A stretch of DNA of 64,000 nucleotides from positions 64,001 to 128,000 of IMG/VR virus record IMGVR_UViG_2595698451_000001; one strand, given 5' to 3'. The DNA comes from a virus (taxonomy: Duplodnaviria; Caudoviricetes). Under the pieces are notes generated by a model that saw only the letters and a list, made by a program, of their open reading frames with translations, had not been told where the DNA came from and did not search any database. A program made the position numbers and the translations under genes. The first letter of the stretch is position 1. Each line of letters begins with the position of its first letter. Positions 53,151 through 62,096 of the stretch are shown here, piece after piece.

Positions 53151-53451
53151 TAAAAGAGAACGTCCTTGGGACATAAGTAAGTACATTTCCGACACGAGAG
53201 ACAAGGACCCTGAACCCGTCTGTAAGTCCCATGTCGAAGGGTTGTCCGAACTAAGTCCACTAGAAGCTGAGATGCATTTCCCAAGCTTACCAAAACCGTT
53301 TTCGATATCTGATGAGGATGTTAATTACCTCTTCTCTAAAGAAGCGTCAAACACAGAGTCCCGTAAGCGGCTTAGAAAAGAGCTAAAAGCTTACCGAGAG
53401 GCAAAAGCAAAGTGGGAAAGGGAAAGAGAAAGAGCAGAAGAGACCGAGTAA
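53143..53451 (+). CDS. Hypothetical protein
   Basis: ORF track; RBS; terminator follows. Confidence 0.6.
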   Translation: MSDKRERPWDISKYISDTRDKDPEPVCKSHVEGLSELSPLEAEMHFPSLPKPFSISDEDVNYLFSKEASNTESRKRLRKELKAYREAKAKWERERERAEETE

Positions 53452-53750
53452 TCGGTCTTTTTTCTTTGTTTAGAGCGATGGTTCAAGAAACAAAAAATCT
53501 AACAAAATAGTGTATAATAGAGATAGAGGGTAAACAGGTTTTTCTGTAAAGGTCTTAAACAAGGAGTGTTCGTTCAAGATTTTATCTTATCTTGAATTGT
53601 CTAAAAGTCAACAATGTTGTGAGTTTTTCATTAAAATTTACTGAATATTGAAAATATCTTGAACGATTTACTATATTAGTGTAGAGACCTTGATATATCA
53701 AGCTTTACCGCTATTTAATAAATACACAATATTGGAAGGGTTGAACTAAA

Positions 53751-54491
53751 ATGGCAGATAAGAAAGACAATAAAAAGAAGTCCATGGGCTCCAGTAGCGT
53801 ACTTGTACAGCTGTATAACAACAGGAAGCTGGCAACAAAAGTAGATAACATGCTGGATGAAGGGCAGACCTACGATTACATTATCGACTTCTGTAAAGAA
53901 AATGGGCTGAGTATTTCAAAAGCATCTTTGACTAACTATAAGAAAAAGCGGGAAGAATCTATACAGACAGGTAAACCGCTGTTGCAGCTGCTGGATAAAC
54001 GTGCAAAGGACAACGTTACATACATAACAGAAAAGAAAGTAGAGGCTTTCAAGGAGAAACAGTCTGAGAAAGGATCATCAGAGGACGGACATTCTCCGGC
54101 AACTATCCACGAATTTGATAAGATGGACTCTATTTTCCACGATATTGAACTGTTAGACGATATCATCCGAAAAGGAGCCAAGGGGCTTAAGCAGTTTGAT
54201 GTAGTGGACACTCCACTTGCAATGAAGGCAATCGAATTAAAAGCAAAGATCACGAACAACCAGCTTAACGGCTTGTCTATTGCAGGGCTTAGAGAGCTAA
54301 AGCTGCGTCAACAAGCGAGAGCATCTGCATTAATGGAAGTTATCATGAAGTACGTACCAGAGGAGCAGCATGACTCTTTATTCGAGGATATGGACGCCGC
54401 AGAAAAAGCATTCTATGAGAACCTTGATCTGACTGAAGAGGACAAACGTATCAGTAGAGCCTTAGAGCAAAGTGGGTTTGGGCTAGAGTAA
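53751..54491 (+). CDS. HTH protein, possible small terminase subunit (Mu gp27/DUF3486-like)
   Basis: MLDEGQTYDYIIDFCKENGLSISKASLTNY HTH followed by helices; late-like motif at 53669. Confidence 0.45.
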   Translation: MADKKDNKKKSMGSSSVLVQLYNNRKLATKVDNMLDEGQTYDYIIDFCKENGLSISKASLTNYKKKREESIQTGKPLLQLLDKRAKDNVTYITEKKVEAFKEKQSEKGSSEDGHSPATIHEFDKMDSIFHDIELLDDIIRKGAKGLKQFDVVDTPLAMKAIELKAKITNNQLNGLSIAGLRELKLRQQARASALMEVIMKYVPEEQHDSLFEDMDAAEKAFYENLDLTEEDKRISRALEQSGFGLE

Positions 54492-54505
54492 CTTGAGGAA
54501 GGAGA

Positions 54506-54988
54506 ATGATAATGGCTACGTTAGACCCAGTTGAATACATATCGCTGCCTTTCGCAGTGTACACAACATTAGAAGAGAAGTTACAGGCATTATTAAATGG
54601 AGAGATGCTGCTTATTAAGAAGTTTGAGCAGCGGGAAGGTGCGGACGTACTTGTTCGACTGGAGAAGAAGAAATTCACCGTCACCCAGATTTCCTACGAT
54701 GTTACATATACCGATAGGAACCCTCGATTCTGGGCTACATTTAACATAGGGATAAACGACCTATCTCTGTTTACCTGCTTTAAATTTGAGGAAGAGCTGT
54801 TTACCCATACAAACCTATTCCAGTTAAATGATAACGTATGGTACACAAGTGAGGACGGTCGTAAGGATACTGCTCTAGTAGAGGAAGTGTACGTGTCAGT
54901 TACAGACCCTACGAAGTACGCATATAAGTTGTCCCGGGATGATGGGTTATACGCTGAAGAAGATTTATCACAAAACAAATACGCATAA
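54506..54988 (+). CDS. Conserved hypothetical protein
   Basis: ORF track; RBS. Confidence 0.65.
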   Translation: MIMATLDPVEYISLPFAVYTTLEEKLQALLNGEMLLIKKFEQREGADVLVRLEKKKFTVTQISYDVTYTDRNPRFWATFNIGINDLSLFTCFKFEEELFTHTNLFQLNDNVWYTSEDGRKDTALVEEVYVSVTDPTKYAYKLSRDDGLYAEEDLSQNKYA

Positions 54989-55114
54989 GGAACGGATACA
55001 GGGTGCTTAGGACATCCTGTATTTTTTTTTTTTTATAAAAATCGTTGACAGTAACAAGGCTGTATGATATTCTCTAAATATAGAAATTACATAAGCCTAG
55101 AGGAGGACGAAAAT

Positions 55115-55675
55115 GTGGAAAAGAATAAGAAGGTTGCCCCAATACGTATTGTAGCAGAGGAAGGAAATACAGGGGAGTTTACCCGAGAGGACATTAAACT
55201 GATTGAGTCGATGTATGTTGCAGGTAAGCCTATTGCAGACATTGAGGCAGCACTTAACATCTCAAGAGGAACATTATATAGCTACCTAGACCGTATGGGA
55301 GTGCAGCGCCGTATGGGTGCACCTATGACATCCTCTACCCGTAAGCTACTCACAATGAGTAAAGAGGACCAGGAAACACTGATTCAGAGGTATGTTTCTG
55401 GAGAGAGAACCCAAGACCTACAGAAAGAGTACGGCATCACAAAGCACGCATTATACAGTCTTTTAGACCGTGAAGGAGTACCTCGTAGAGGGCGAACAGG
55501 TAAAAGAACAAAGGCTAACTTCATTACAAGTTCTAAATCACTGACAGTACCTCAACCTCTTGTAGATGTTCCTGCTATGCGTATCGAACGGGTTGGGGAT
55601 GCGCTACACATCAACATCTCTCAGCAGCCGGACTGTCCAGTTACAGAAGTGAGGGTAACATTCGATAAGGAGTGA
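55115..55675 (+). CDS. Tandem-HTH DNA-binding protein
   Basis: Two repeats: YVAGKPIADIEAALNISRGTLYSYLDRMGV and YVSGERTQDLQKEYGITKHALYSLLDREGV. Confidence 0.75.
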   Translation: MEKNKKVAPIRIVAEEGNTGEFTREDIKLIESMYVAGKPIADIEAALNISRGTLYSYLDRMGVQRRMGAPMTSSTRKLLTMSKEDQETLIQRYVSGERTQDLQKEYGITKHALYSLLDREGVPRRGRTGKRTKANFITSSKSLTVPQPLVDVPAMRIERVGDALHINISQQPDCPVTEVRVTFDKE

Positions 55676-55680
55676 GAGGT

Positions 55681-55833
55681 ATGACACCTTTAGAAGTACA
55701 GGAACGATTAAAGAAAGAAAAGCTGATGAACAGATTACAGCAGATGATCATTACAGGGGCTGCACCGGAGGGTCATATCCCCTTCTTACGAAAAAAGGTA
55801 GAGGAACTTAAAATTGAATTGGAGGGACTTTGA
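55681..55833 (+). CDS. 50-aa hypothetical protein
   Basis: RBS; MTPLEVQERLKKEK... Confidence 0.55.
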   Translation: MTPLEVQERLKKEKLMNRLQQMIITGAAPEGHIPFLRKKVEELKIELEGL

Positions 55834-56090
55834 TGAAGAAATTTCTTCTAGCTCCTGCGCTGCTCCTAGCGCTTGCCGGGTGCTCAGGGAACACAGAAGA
55901 GGCTACCAAGGATGTTGACTGGGACACTGACAGGTTTACAGAGGTAGCGCAGGACGAGTTATTTGATGATTGGTCCTATGTCAAGACTACTCAGGACAAT
56001 GTTACAGGCTGCCAGTATATACTAACATACAAAGATGTTGTCACTCCGGTCCTTAAAGAAGATGGAAAACCTTACTGCGTTAAGAAATAA
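55830..56090 (+). CDS. Lipoprotein (DUF6440-like)
   Basis: Signal peptide with LAGC lipobox; DNVTGCQY..TPVL.EDGKP. Confidence 0.75.
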   Translation: MMKKFLLAPALLLALAGCSGNTEEATKDVDWDTDRFTEVAQDELFDDWSYVKTTQDNVTGCQYILTYKDVVTPVLKEDGKPYCVKK

Positions 56091-56110
56091 AAATAAGGAG
56101 GACTCTGTAC

Positions 56111-56500
56111 GTGAAATGTGACTTTTGTAAACAGGAAATGATTGAATCCTCCGCAGAGTGTGTGCTATGCGGTGGGGAGGGGTGTGGATTCTGTTCAAAT
56201 ACAGGTAAACTTAGGATTACAGGGTGTAATAATCCTTTGTGTACCCCTCCTGATCTCTCCTTAGAGTTCGATGACGAGCTAGATGATGAATACTTTGTCC
56301 CTTGCACTCAAGAAGAAGCCACCCATATCAGAGTCGTTGAGGAGGATTTGTCCGGGACAGGTTTAACTTACGGAGAAGTATACGAATACCTTTATGATGA
56401 TCACCCCTCAGAAGAAACACATTATATCATCCAAGACAACGGAGTACCCTTCTACGACTTCGAATGTGTAATTGACGTAACGTATTTAAAGCAGGTATAA
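56111..56500 (+). CDS. Zinc-finger (CxxCxGxG) protein
   Basis: CDFC, CVLCGGEGCGFCSNTG. Confidence 0.6.
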   Translation: MKCDFCKQEMIESSAECVLCGGEGCGFCSNTGKLRITGCNNPLCTPPDLSLEFDDELDDEYFVPCTQEEATHIRVVEEDLSGTGLTYGEVYEYLYDDHPSEETHYIIQDNGVPFYDFECVIDVTYLKQV

Positions 56501-56638
56501 CTTCATCTCCAAGGGGTAAGTTATATGTATTGACACGGTAACTTACCCTGTATCATTTTTTTTTTCTAAAAAGGTGTTGACTAAAAGAAAACATCGTGTT
56601 ATAGTTAAGGTAACAAATGAGTTACAGAAACAGGAGGG

Positions 56639-57388
56639 ATGGAAATGAGACAAGAGACTGTATTCAAAAAAGACAATGACGTAGCGATGGTATTCATGAA
56701 TGAAAGTGGAAAGGTAGTAATCAAAAAAGGTAATGAGACTCGGGTGTTCAACCAAAGTGTGGGCTTCGATGACGTAGTAGAGAGCTTTCGAGAGGGTGGC
56801 TGGGTTGAAGGTGGGTTCGAGGACAGCAAGCGAGACATTAAAGCAGAGGTTCAAGCGCCCATTGACAGCCTTACAGAGCCTGAAGGATTTAAAGTTATAT
56901 CGTCTGAAGAACCCCATATGGCTGTAGCTAAAACAGGCACAGGAACATCATATTTAGCAGAAGCAGCTCAAAACTCCTTAGATCAGGAGGTAAGCCTAGA
57001 AATTATCCAAAAAGTGGACCAATACATTGAGTTGCATAAACAGGCAGCAGAACTCAAGAGTCGTATGGAAGAACTTAAAAAACCTGTACGTACCTATATG
57101 CTAGAGAACAATCATAAGAAAATTAAAGGAACAAGAGGTGGATCGGTGGTTCTTCAAGACGCTACAGCGTCTAACTCAACAGCTATTTATTCTAACTACG
57201 AGCTTGGTGACATCGCACCTCTAGTTTCTGCAGACTTCTTGAACAAGGTCACTGAGAGCAGAATTAACTCCGAGAAGCTTGAAGGACTGCTTAAGACTCA
57301 CGAGGGCTTGGATAAGGAGACTATCGAGAAGATCAAAGAAGCAAAGATCGTAAAACCGGGAACACCTCGCTTCACAGTTAAAAAATAG
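56639..57388 (+). CDS. Hypothetical protein
   Basis: ORF track; promoter and RBS. Confidence 0.65.
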   Translation: MEMRQETVFKKDNDVAMVFMNESGKVVIKKGNETRVFNQSVGFDDVVESFREGGWVEGGFEDSKRDIKAEVQAPIDSLTEPEGFKVISSEEPHMAVAKTGTGTSYLAEAAQNSLDQEVSLEIIQKVDQYIELHKQAAELKSRMEELKKPVRTYMLENNHKKIKGTRGGSVVLQDATASNSTAIYSNYELGDIAPLVSADFLNKVTESRINSEKLEGLLKTHEGLDKETIEKIKEAKIVKPGTPRFTVKK

Positions 57389-57395
57389 GAGGGGC

Positions 57396-57863
57396 ATGCA
57401 CATGAGTATGAAGATTAACAGGTTAAAGCGGGAAAAGACAGAGTACCGAGATAAGAAAGGTACAGTTATTCGGGATGAGGATACTATACTATGGGAGAGC
57501 CAAATCTATGAGGTCTACAAAGACCCCTTTATAGCTGACTGGGTGCTAGACAACGTCCTTGGGGCACCTATCTCTCTAAAGGAGGTGCATAACCAAGTTT
57601 CTGTAGTTGTTGTCAAAGAAATCCCCGGACTATCAGAAAGTATAGAAAAAGAAGCTATGAAGCACCAGAAGCTTTTAACCCTAAGACTGGCTACTATGGA
57701 GAGTGAAGAACGTATCCTTCTCATTATGTTCTACGAGCAGTACGTGCAGATAGCGATTTCTGAAGGGTTGACACCTAAGTCGATGTTAGATTTTATTGAT
57801 GAGGACCTAGAGAGTATGGCAGAGGATGTACTAAACGGTTTAGAGAAAGGATTGAATAACTAA
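57396..57863 (+). CDS. YopX-like hypothetical protein
   Basis: TEYRDKKGTVIRDEDTIL resembles the YopX T.LKDKNG.EIYEGDI motif. Confidence 0.45.
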   Translation: MHMSMKINRLKREKTEYRDKKGTVIRDEDTILWESQIYEVYKDPFIADWVLDNVLGAPISLKEVHNQVSVVVVKEIPGLSESIEKEAMKHQKLLTLRLATMESEERILLIMFYEQYVQIAISEGLTPKSMLDFIDEDLESMAEDVLNGLEKGLNN

Positions 57864-58069
57864 TGGAAAAGACGTATAAAGTAGAGGTAGATATTACACA
57901 GCGGTTTACTACAACAGTTACAGTGACTGGAGACTTTAAAGATGCTAATGATCCTAGAATTGATAAAGCAGCTGAACAAGAGGCTGATCGAATGAATCAT
58001 GGAGCGTGGGATTGGCAAGACTCAGAGTTTGAAATTATGAATGTAAAAGAGGTATCAAAGGAGGAGTAA
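57863..58069 (+). CDS. Small acidic hypothetical protein
   Basis: ORF track. Confidence 0.6.
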   Translation: MEKTYKVEVDITQRFTTTVTVTGDFKDANDPRIDKAAEQEADRMNHGAWDWQDSEFEIMNVKEVSKEE

Positions 58070-58088
58070 GGAATTTGGACCAGACACA

Positions 58089-58286
58089 GTGGTAGTATTT
58101 TCAGTAGATACAGGTTATGTAGGTTGCGATAGAGAGGAAAAATTTACTTTAGGGGACTTAGGTATTATAGACGAGGGTGAAACTATCTCCGTAGACGACT
58201 TAGACTCTGCATTACAAGAAGCTTATGATAACTGGTTATGGGACAATATCAACTGTAACTATTATGTGGATGAGGAGTCTAAGTAA
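58089..58286 (+). CDS. Small acidic hypothetical protein
   Basis: ORF track. Confidence 0.55.
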   Translation: MVVFSVDTGYVGCDREEKFTLGDLGIIDEGETISVDDLDSALQEAYDNWLWDNINCNYYVDEESK

Positions 58287-58466
58287 AGTGCACATAAAAA
58301 ATGACTTAAAAAAGAGGGCTGTATGCCTTCTTTTTTTTTTATTTTTTTTTTGAAAAAAGGGGTATAAAAACTATAGACAGTAATATACCTGTATGTTACA
58401 CTGTTTACAGATAGTAAATACAGGGTATATACAGTATTCTTAAAAATGAGAGGAGAGTTAAAAAAG

Positions 58467-59459
58467 ATGGCGAAAAAAACGGAGTTATTGACGACAGGGG
58501 AGATTTTTGAACTGATTAGTGCAGCGCAATCTGGGTCAGCAGAGGCTACGAACATCTTAGTAAGTCGAAATCAGAGACTAATTTTCCATGTGTTAAAAAG
58601 AGTTTATTGTGCTCGTGTTCCCCAAGAGGATTTAGTACAGATTGGAAATATAGGTCTCCTCAAAGCAATACAGAATTTTGACTTGAATAAAGGTGTGAGG
58701 TTCGTTACATACGCAGTTCCTTGTATCTTTGGAGAAATCATGATGTTCCTAAGAGACGATGAAGTGGTCAAAGTTTCTAGACCAATCAAAGACTTAGCGA
58801 TTAAAATTGCCAACAGCGGGTTAGTGAATTTGAATACTCAAGAGGTTATTGACGCTCTAAACCTTACGGAGAAACCGGAAACAGTACACTTAGCATTAAC
58901 GTTTATGGAGAATCGAATTACAATATCTACAGAGGCTGCCATACTGAACGAGGGTACAGATGAGGAAATCTGCCTCAAAGACACTGTCCACCTTAGTAAA
59001 GACCTTAACGGGGATAACTGGATGGATAATATTGATTTAACAGAAGCAATGAAGGTACTAGACGAACGAGAACGAAGAATTATAGAACTCCGGTACTTCG
59101 GTGACAGAACACAAGACTACGTAGCTGCCGATCTCGGAGTGTCCCAGACACATGTTTACAGGTTGGAGAGACGTGCACTAAACAAACTTAGAGACACGAT
59201 GTTATACGGAGGTACTGAGTTCGTTGAGGAGAACGAATCAGAGAAGCACAGACGGGAAATGCGGGAAAAGGCGATTGAGTTATTAAAGAGCACTACGGAC
59301 ACCTACGCCAGTATTTCAGAAGTGACAGGGTTGTCTGCTGCTACTATCAGTGGCCTAGCTAGAGAGCATAGACCAGAGCATATGCGGAACAAGGGCAAGC
59401 GGAAAGGTATTTTGGGTCTACCTGCAAATACTAAAGCTAAGAAAGCTGCCACAGCTTAA
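58467..59459 (+). CDS. SigF/SigG/SigB-type sigma factor with extra C-terminal HTH
   Basis: EDLVQIGNIGLLKAIQNFD..RFVTYAVP.I.GEI..FLRD..VKVSR; LRYFGDRTQ.VA.LGVSQ.HV.RLE. Confidence 0.88.
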   Translation: MAKKTELLTTGEIFELISAAQSGSAEATNILVSRNQRLIFHVLKRVYCARVPQEDLVQIGNIGLLKAIQNFDLNKGVRFVTYAVPCIFGEIMMFLRDDEVVKVSRPIKDLAIKIANSGLVNLNTQEVIDALNLTEKPETVHLALTFMENRITISTEAAILNEGTDEEICLKDTVHLSKDLNGDNWMDNIDLTEAMKVLDERERRIIELRYFGDRTQDYVAADLGVSQTHVYRLERRALNKLRDTMLYGGTEFVEENESEKHRREMREKAIELLKSTTDTYASISEVTGLSAATISGLAREHRPEHMRNKGKRKGILGLPANTKAKKAATA

Positions 59460-59476
59460 TACAGGAGGAGTTTACT

Positions 59477-59890
59477 ATGTCGAAAAGAGGAAACAAAGAA
59501 CTAGCAATAGAACTACTAGGTTCTACCCAGATGTCTTATCAGCAGATTTCTAAGGAGACGGGAGTAAGCCGATCTACAGTAGCGTACATGGCAAAGAAAT
59601 ACCGACCAGAGCATCTATTGAACTCAATAGGACGCAAGCCTAAAGAGGAGCTAGGCGTACCAAACATTCAGATAGACCTCTCTGAAGAGCCACAGTCTGT
59701 TAGTGTCCCTCTCCCTGATTCGATTCCAGTGAGAAGGTCTAATGAGGGAGTAGTAGTTAGCTTTAACCTAAGTGTTGAGGAGCAAGCAGTACCTAAAGAG
59801 ACAGCGGTTAATCGACTTGAGGGGGTGCTACAGGTTCTAAAGACGTTGCCGGGGGACCAAGTATCTTTAAGCATGAAACTAGAACAGTAG
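59477..59890 (+). CDS. HTH protein paralogous to the sigma factor C-terminal extension
   Basis: AIELLGSTQMSYQQISKETGVS..YRPEHL. Confidence 0.7.
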   Translation: MSKRGNKELAIELLGSTQMSYQQISKETGVSRSTVAYMAKKYRPEHLLNSIGRKPKEELGVPNIQIDLSEEPQSVSVPLPDSIPVRRSNEGVVVSFNLSVEEQAVPKETAVNRLEGVLQVLKTLPGDQVSLSMKLEQ

Positions 59891-59900
59891 GAGGTAAACT

Positions 59901-60116
59901 ATGAAAAGGGATAAGTATATCGTCTGGGAAGTAGAGGACCTGCCGGAACTAACTAAGCAGGAGCTAAATATTCTGAACAGTATTTCAGAGCGTATGGCTA
60001 TGGAAAAGCAGGTGAAAGGTAAAGACACAAATCCTAACTACCTTGTTATTAAAACCAGTGCCTCTTATGCAGGTACGGTGAGAGACCTCATGCGTCAACA
60101 TGGGGACTGGGATTGA
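59901..60116 (+). CDS. Small conserved phage protein
   Basis: KYIV..GK..NYLVI..YA..V pattern; RBS. Confidence 0.6.
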   Translation: MKRDKYIVWEVEDLPELTKQELNILNSISERMAMEKQVKGKDTNPNYLVIKTSASYAGTVRDLMRQHGDWD

Positions 60117-60352
60117 TTGTTAGCCCAGTTCCTTAATTTTTAGAAAGTTGTTGACACGCAGTCAAGGGAGACTGTATAATATAGCCATTGATACAGAGTG
60201 GTTTTAGACGCTATAGAAAGTGTGACGAACGATGCCTATGATGAAGGTGAAAAAGCAGGATACTCAGAAGGCTATGAAGAAGGTTATGATATCGCCATAG
60301 ATATGAACGAAGACTAACAGACTAATACTAATACAACACAAGGAGAATTTAG

Positions 60353-60466
60353 ATGTCACATCCAGTAGCAGTAATCATCGCATGCGCTGTAGGAATTGTC
60401 CTAGTAAGGGTAACGATGGATATTAGAGAAAAAGCAAACAACAAGCATAACAGGAGGAGGGACTAA
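60353..60466 (+). CDS. 37-aa single-TM peptide
   Basis: AAGGAG RBS; MSHPVAVIIACAVGIVLV... Confidence 0.5.
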   Translation: MSHPVAVIIACAVGIVLVRVTMDIREKANNKHNRRRD

Positions 60467-60467
60467 A

Positions 60468-60887
60468 ATGAAAAAGAAACTTATATGAAGAAAACTGGGT
60501 TTGTTCCTGATGAGAGGGTTGTGCATATCAGCGAGGTTCAGGAGGCTGCACTAAAAGAAACTTTTTGAGGACTATGGCGGGCATGTTGAAGAAATCCTTG
60601 ATGTTATTGAAGCCAACTGGGATGGCTGGATGGACAATGAGTTCGATGATTACCACCCTCTAACTCACCTAGATCAGTACACCTTAACAAAAATCATAAT
60701 GACTGGGGAGTACACAGTCCGAGATAACTTCGAACAAGTGATACTAGATCGTATTGGGGATGTGAAATCAAGGTCCACAACAGAAAGTGTCGTAACAGTT
60801 CTATATCAAGTTCTTAATGACTACAGACGATTTAAGGAGGAAGATTTAAATGCAAAGAAAAGAGCAGCTAAATTTTATCCGAGATAG
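60468..60887 (+). CDS. Hypothetical protein with two apparent homopolymer frameshifts (~60473, ~60564)
   Basis: Strong RBS at ATG 60468; frames join to the 60630 ORF after single-base corrections. Confidence 0.5.
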
Positions 60888-61017
60888 TATTGAGGCATTT
60901 GAAGGTCCCTTCACCAAGGCTGAGATGGACACGATCATGGAGGAGGACTTCCTCCATCTTAGCGATGAAGAACTAGCAGAGCAGGCAGCTTGGTACGAGG
61001 AGTTATGGTTAAAATAA
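60850..61017 (+). CDS. 55-aa acidic hypothetical protein
   Basis: AAGGAGG RBS; MQRKEQLNFIRDS..LSDEELAE. Confidence 0.55.
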   Translation: MQRKEQLNFIRDSIEAFEGPFTKAEMDTIMEEDFLHLSDEELAEQAAWYEELWLK

Positions 61018-61036
61018 ACAGGGGAGGGACTAAATA

Positions 61037-61231
61037 GTGCCTAAGTTTGAAGTAACATATGAGCATGAGATCGTTAGAACCTACAGAATTACAATTGAGG
61101 CGGATTCAATAGAAGACGCACAGAACAAAGTTGACTACCTAGAGTTCGATACCAGCGATGAGGAGCTTGTAGACGAAGAGGGTTTACGAATAAACGTCAC
61201 GGATATTGAAGAAGTCGAGGAGGGAGAGTAA
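61037..61231 (+). CDS. Very acidic small protein (DpnD/PcfM-like pattern)
   Basis: KFEV.YE..RTY.ITIEADS.EDA. Confidence 0.6.
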   Translation: MPKFEVTYEHEIVRTYRITIEADSIEDAQNKVDYLEFDTSDEELVDEEGLRINVTDIEEVEEGE

Positions 61232-61540
61232 GTGGCTAAGAAAAAGCAGAACCTCGCAGACCAGATAAGTGAGTGGGATAAAGTAATCCAGAAACAGTTT
61301 GATGACAGACGTGAAAGAGATCAGCTGCTGGAACCTAGTCGACCAGCCATCCCTCGTATCGTTAATTCCGCACAGGCTTTAGGTCGGATGGCGCACTACA
61401 TTCAGATGACCTCCGATATGGCACATGAAGGACTCCTTGCAGCAGATAAATCGCAAAGGATTATAGATAACCAGATCAAGCATATGACCAATGAGATGAC
61501 TTACCTCTCCATGTTCTTGAAAAAGGAGGACGAAGAGTAA
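61232..61540 (+). CDS. Hypothetical protein
   Basis: ORF track. Confidence 0.6.
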   Translation: MAKKKQNLADQISEWDKVIQKQFDDRRERDQLLEPSRPAIPRIVNSAQALGRMAHYIQMTSDMAHEGLLAADKSQRIIDNQIKHMTNEMTYLSMFLKKEDEE

Positions 61541-61662
61541 TGGAGGACCTTTCAATTACTTTATTTATGATCTTCTGTACTCCTTTTGGGTGGGCAGGCA
61601 TCTTCATCTTTGGATTAGCAGCCAGCTTTGTCATTAAAGCGTGGAGAGGGGTTAAAAAATGA
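61540..61662 (+). CDS. 40-aa membrane peptide
   Basis: AGGAGG RBS; MEDLSITLFMIFCTPFGWAGIFIFG... Confidence 0.5.
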   Translation: MEDLSITLFMIFCTPFGWAGIFIFGLAASFVIKAWRGVKK

Positions 61663-62096
61663 CTAACATTATAGACAAGCATATCCTGTTAAAACGACTT
61701 CGTTATGTTGCTGAAAAGCTGCGGGAGTATGAATCAAAACATCCCGAGCAAGAAGCGTATATCCTAGGCGGACTTAAGGTAGTAACTGACCTTGAATATC
61801 AGATTAGAAACGGTCTGTACGATGCTGAGGTAGGGAAGGGGCATCTTATAGGCTGTCAAACGGGTCGGTTCTCCAGCAGCGAGACCAACCTGAGTGCGGA
61901 ACCTAAGAGCGGTCCTCCTGTTGTAAACGGACATGCGCTTTATACCAAGGAGGACTTTAAAGACATGACCGGAGAAGAATTGGAGAGCAGCTATACTGCA
62001 CACCTTGTCTTGGATGGCGGTCTCGCTATTTGTAAAATCTGCGGGGAAGGGGAAGCAGGGTTAGACAATCCTTGCAAACCGGAGGGAGAAAAGTAG
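61659..62096 (+). CDS. Mosaic hypothetical protein with PolA-motif-like peptide and C-terminal His/Cys cluster
   Basis: GCQTGRFSSSETNL; H..CKIC..C. Confidence 0.55.
   Translation: MTNIIDKHILLKRLRYVAEKLREYESKHPEQEAYILGGLKVVTDLEYQIRNGLYDAEVGKGHLIGCQTGRFSSSETNLSAEPKSGPPVVNGHALYTKEDFKDMTGEELESSYTAHLVLDGGLAICKICGEGEAGLDNPCKPEGEK

Noticed and set aside
3829-60566. About ten frameshifts (~3830, 5655, 6885, 25013, 31013, 33593, 40758, 41257, 60473, 60564) read as programmed frameshifting or pseudogenes
   Set aside because: Each is a single-base gain or loss in a short base run, in both directions, in essential genes with otherwise intact frames and no consistent slippery or stimulatory signal. This pattern fits homopolymer sequencing errors; raw reads would settle it.
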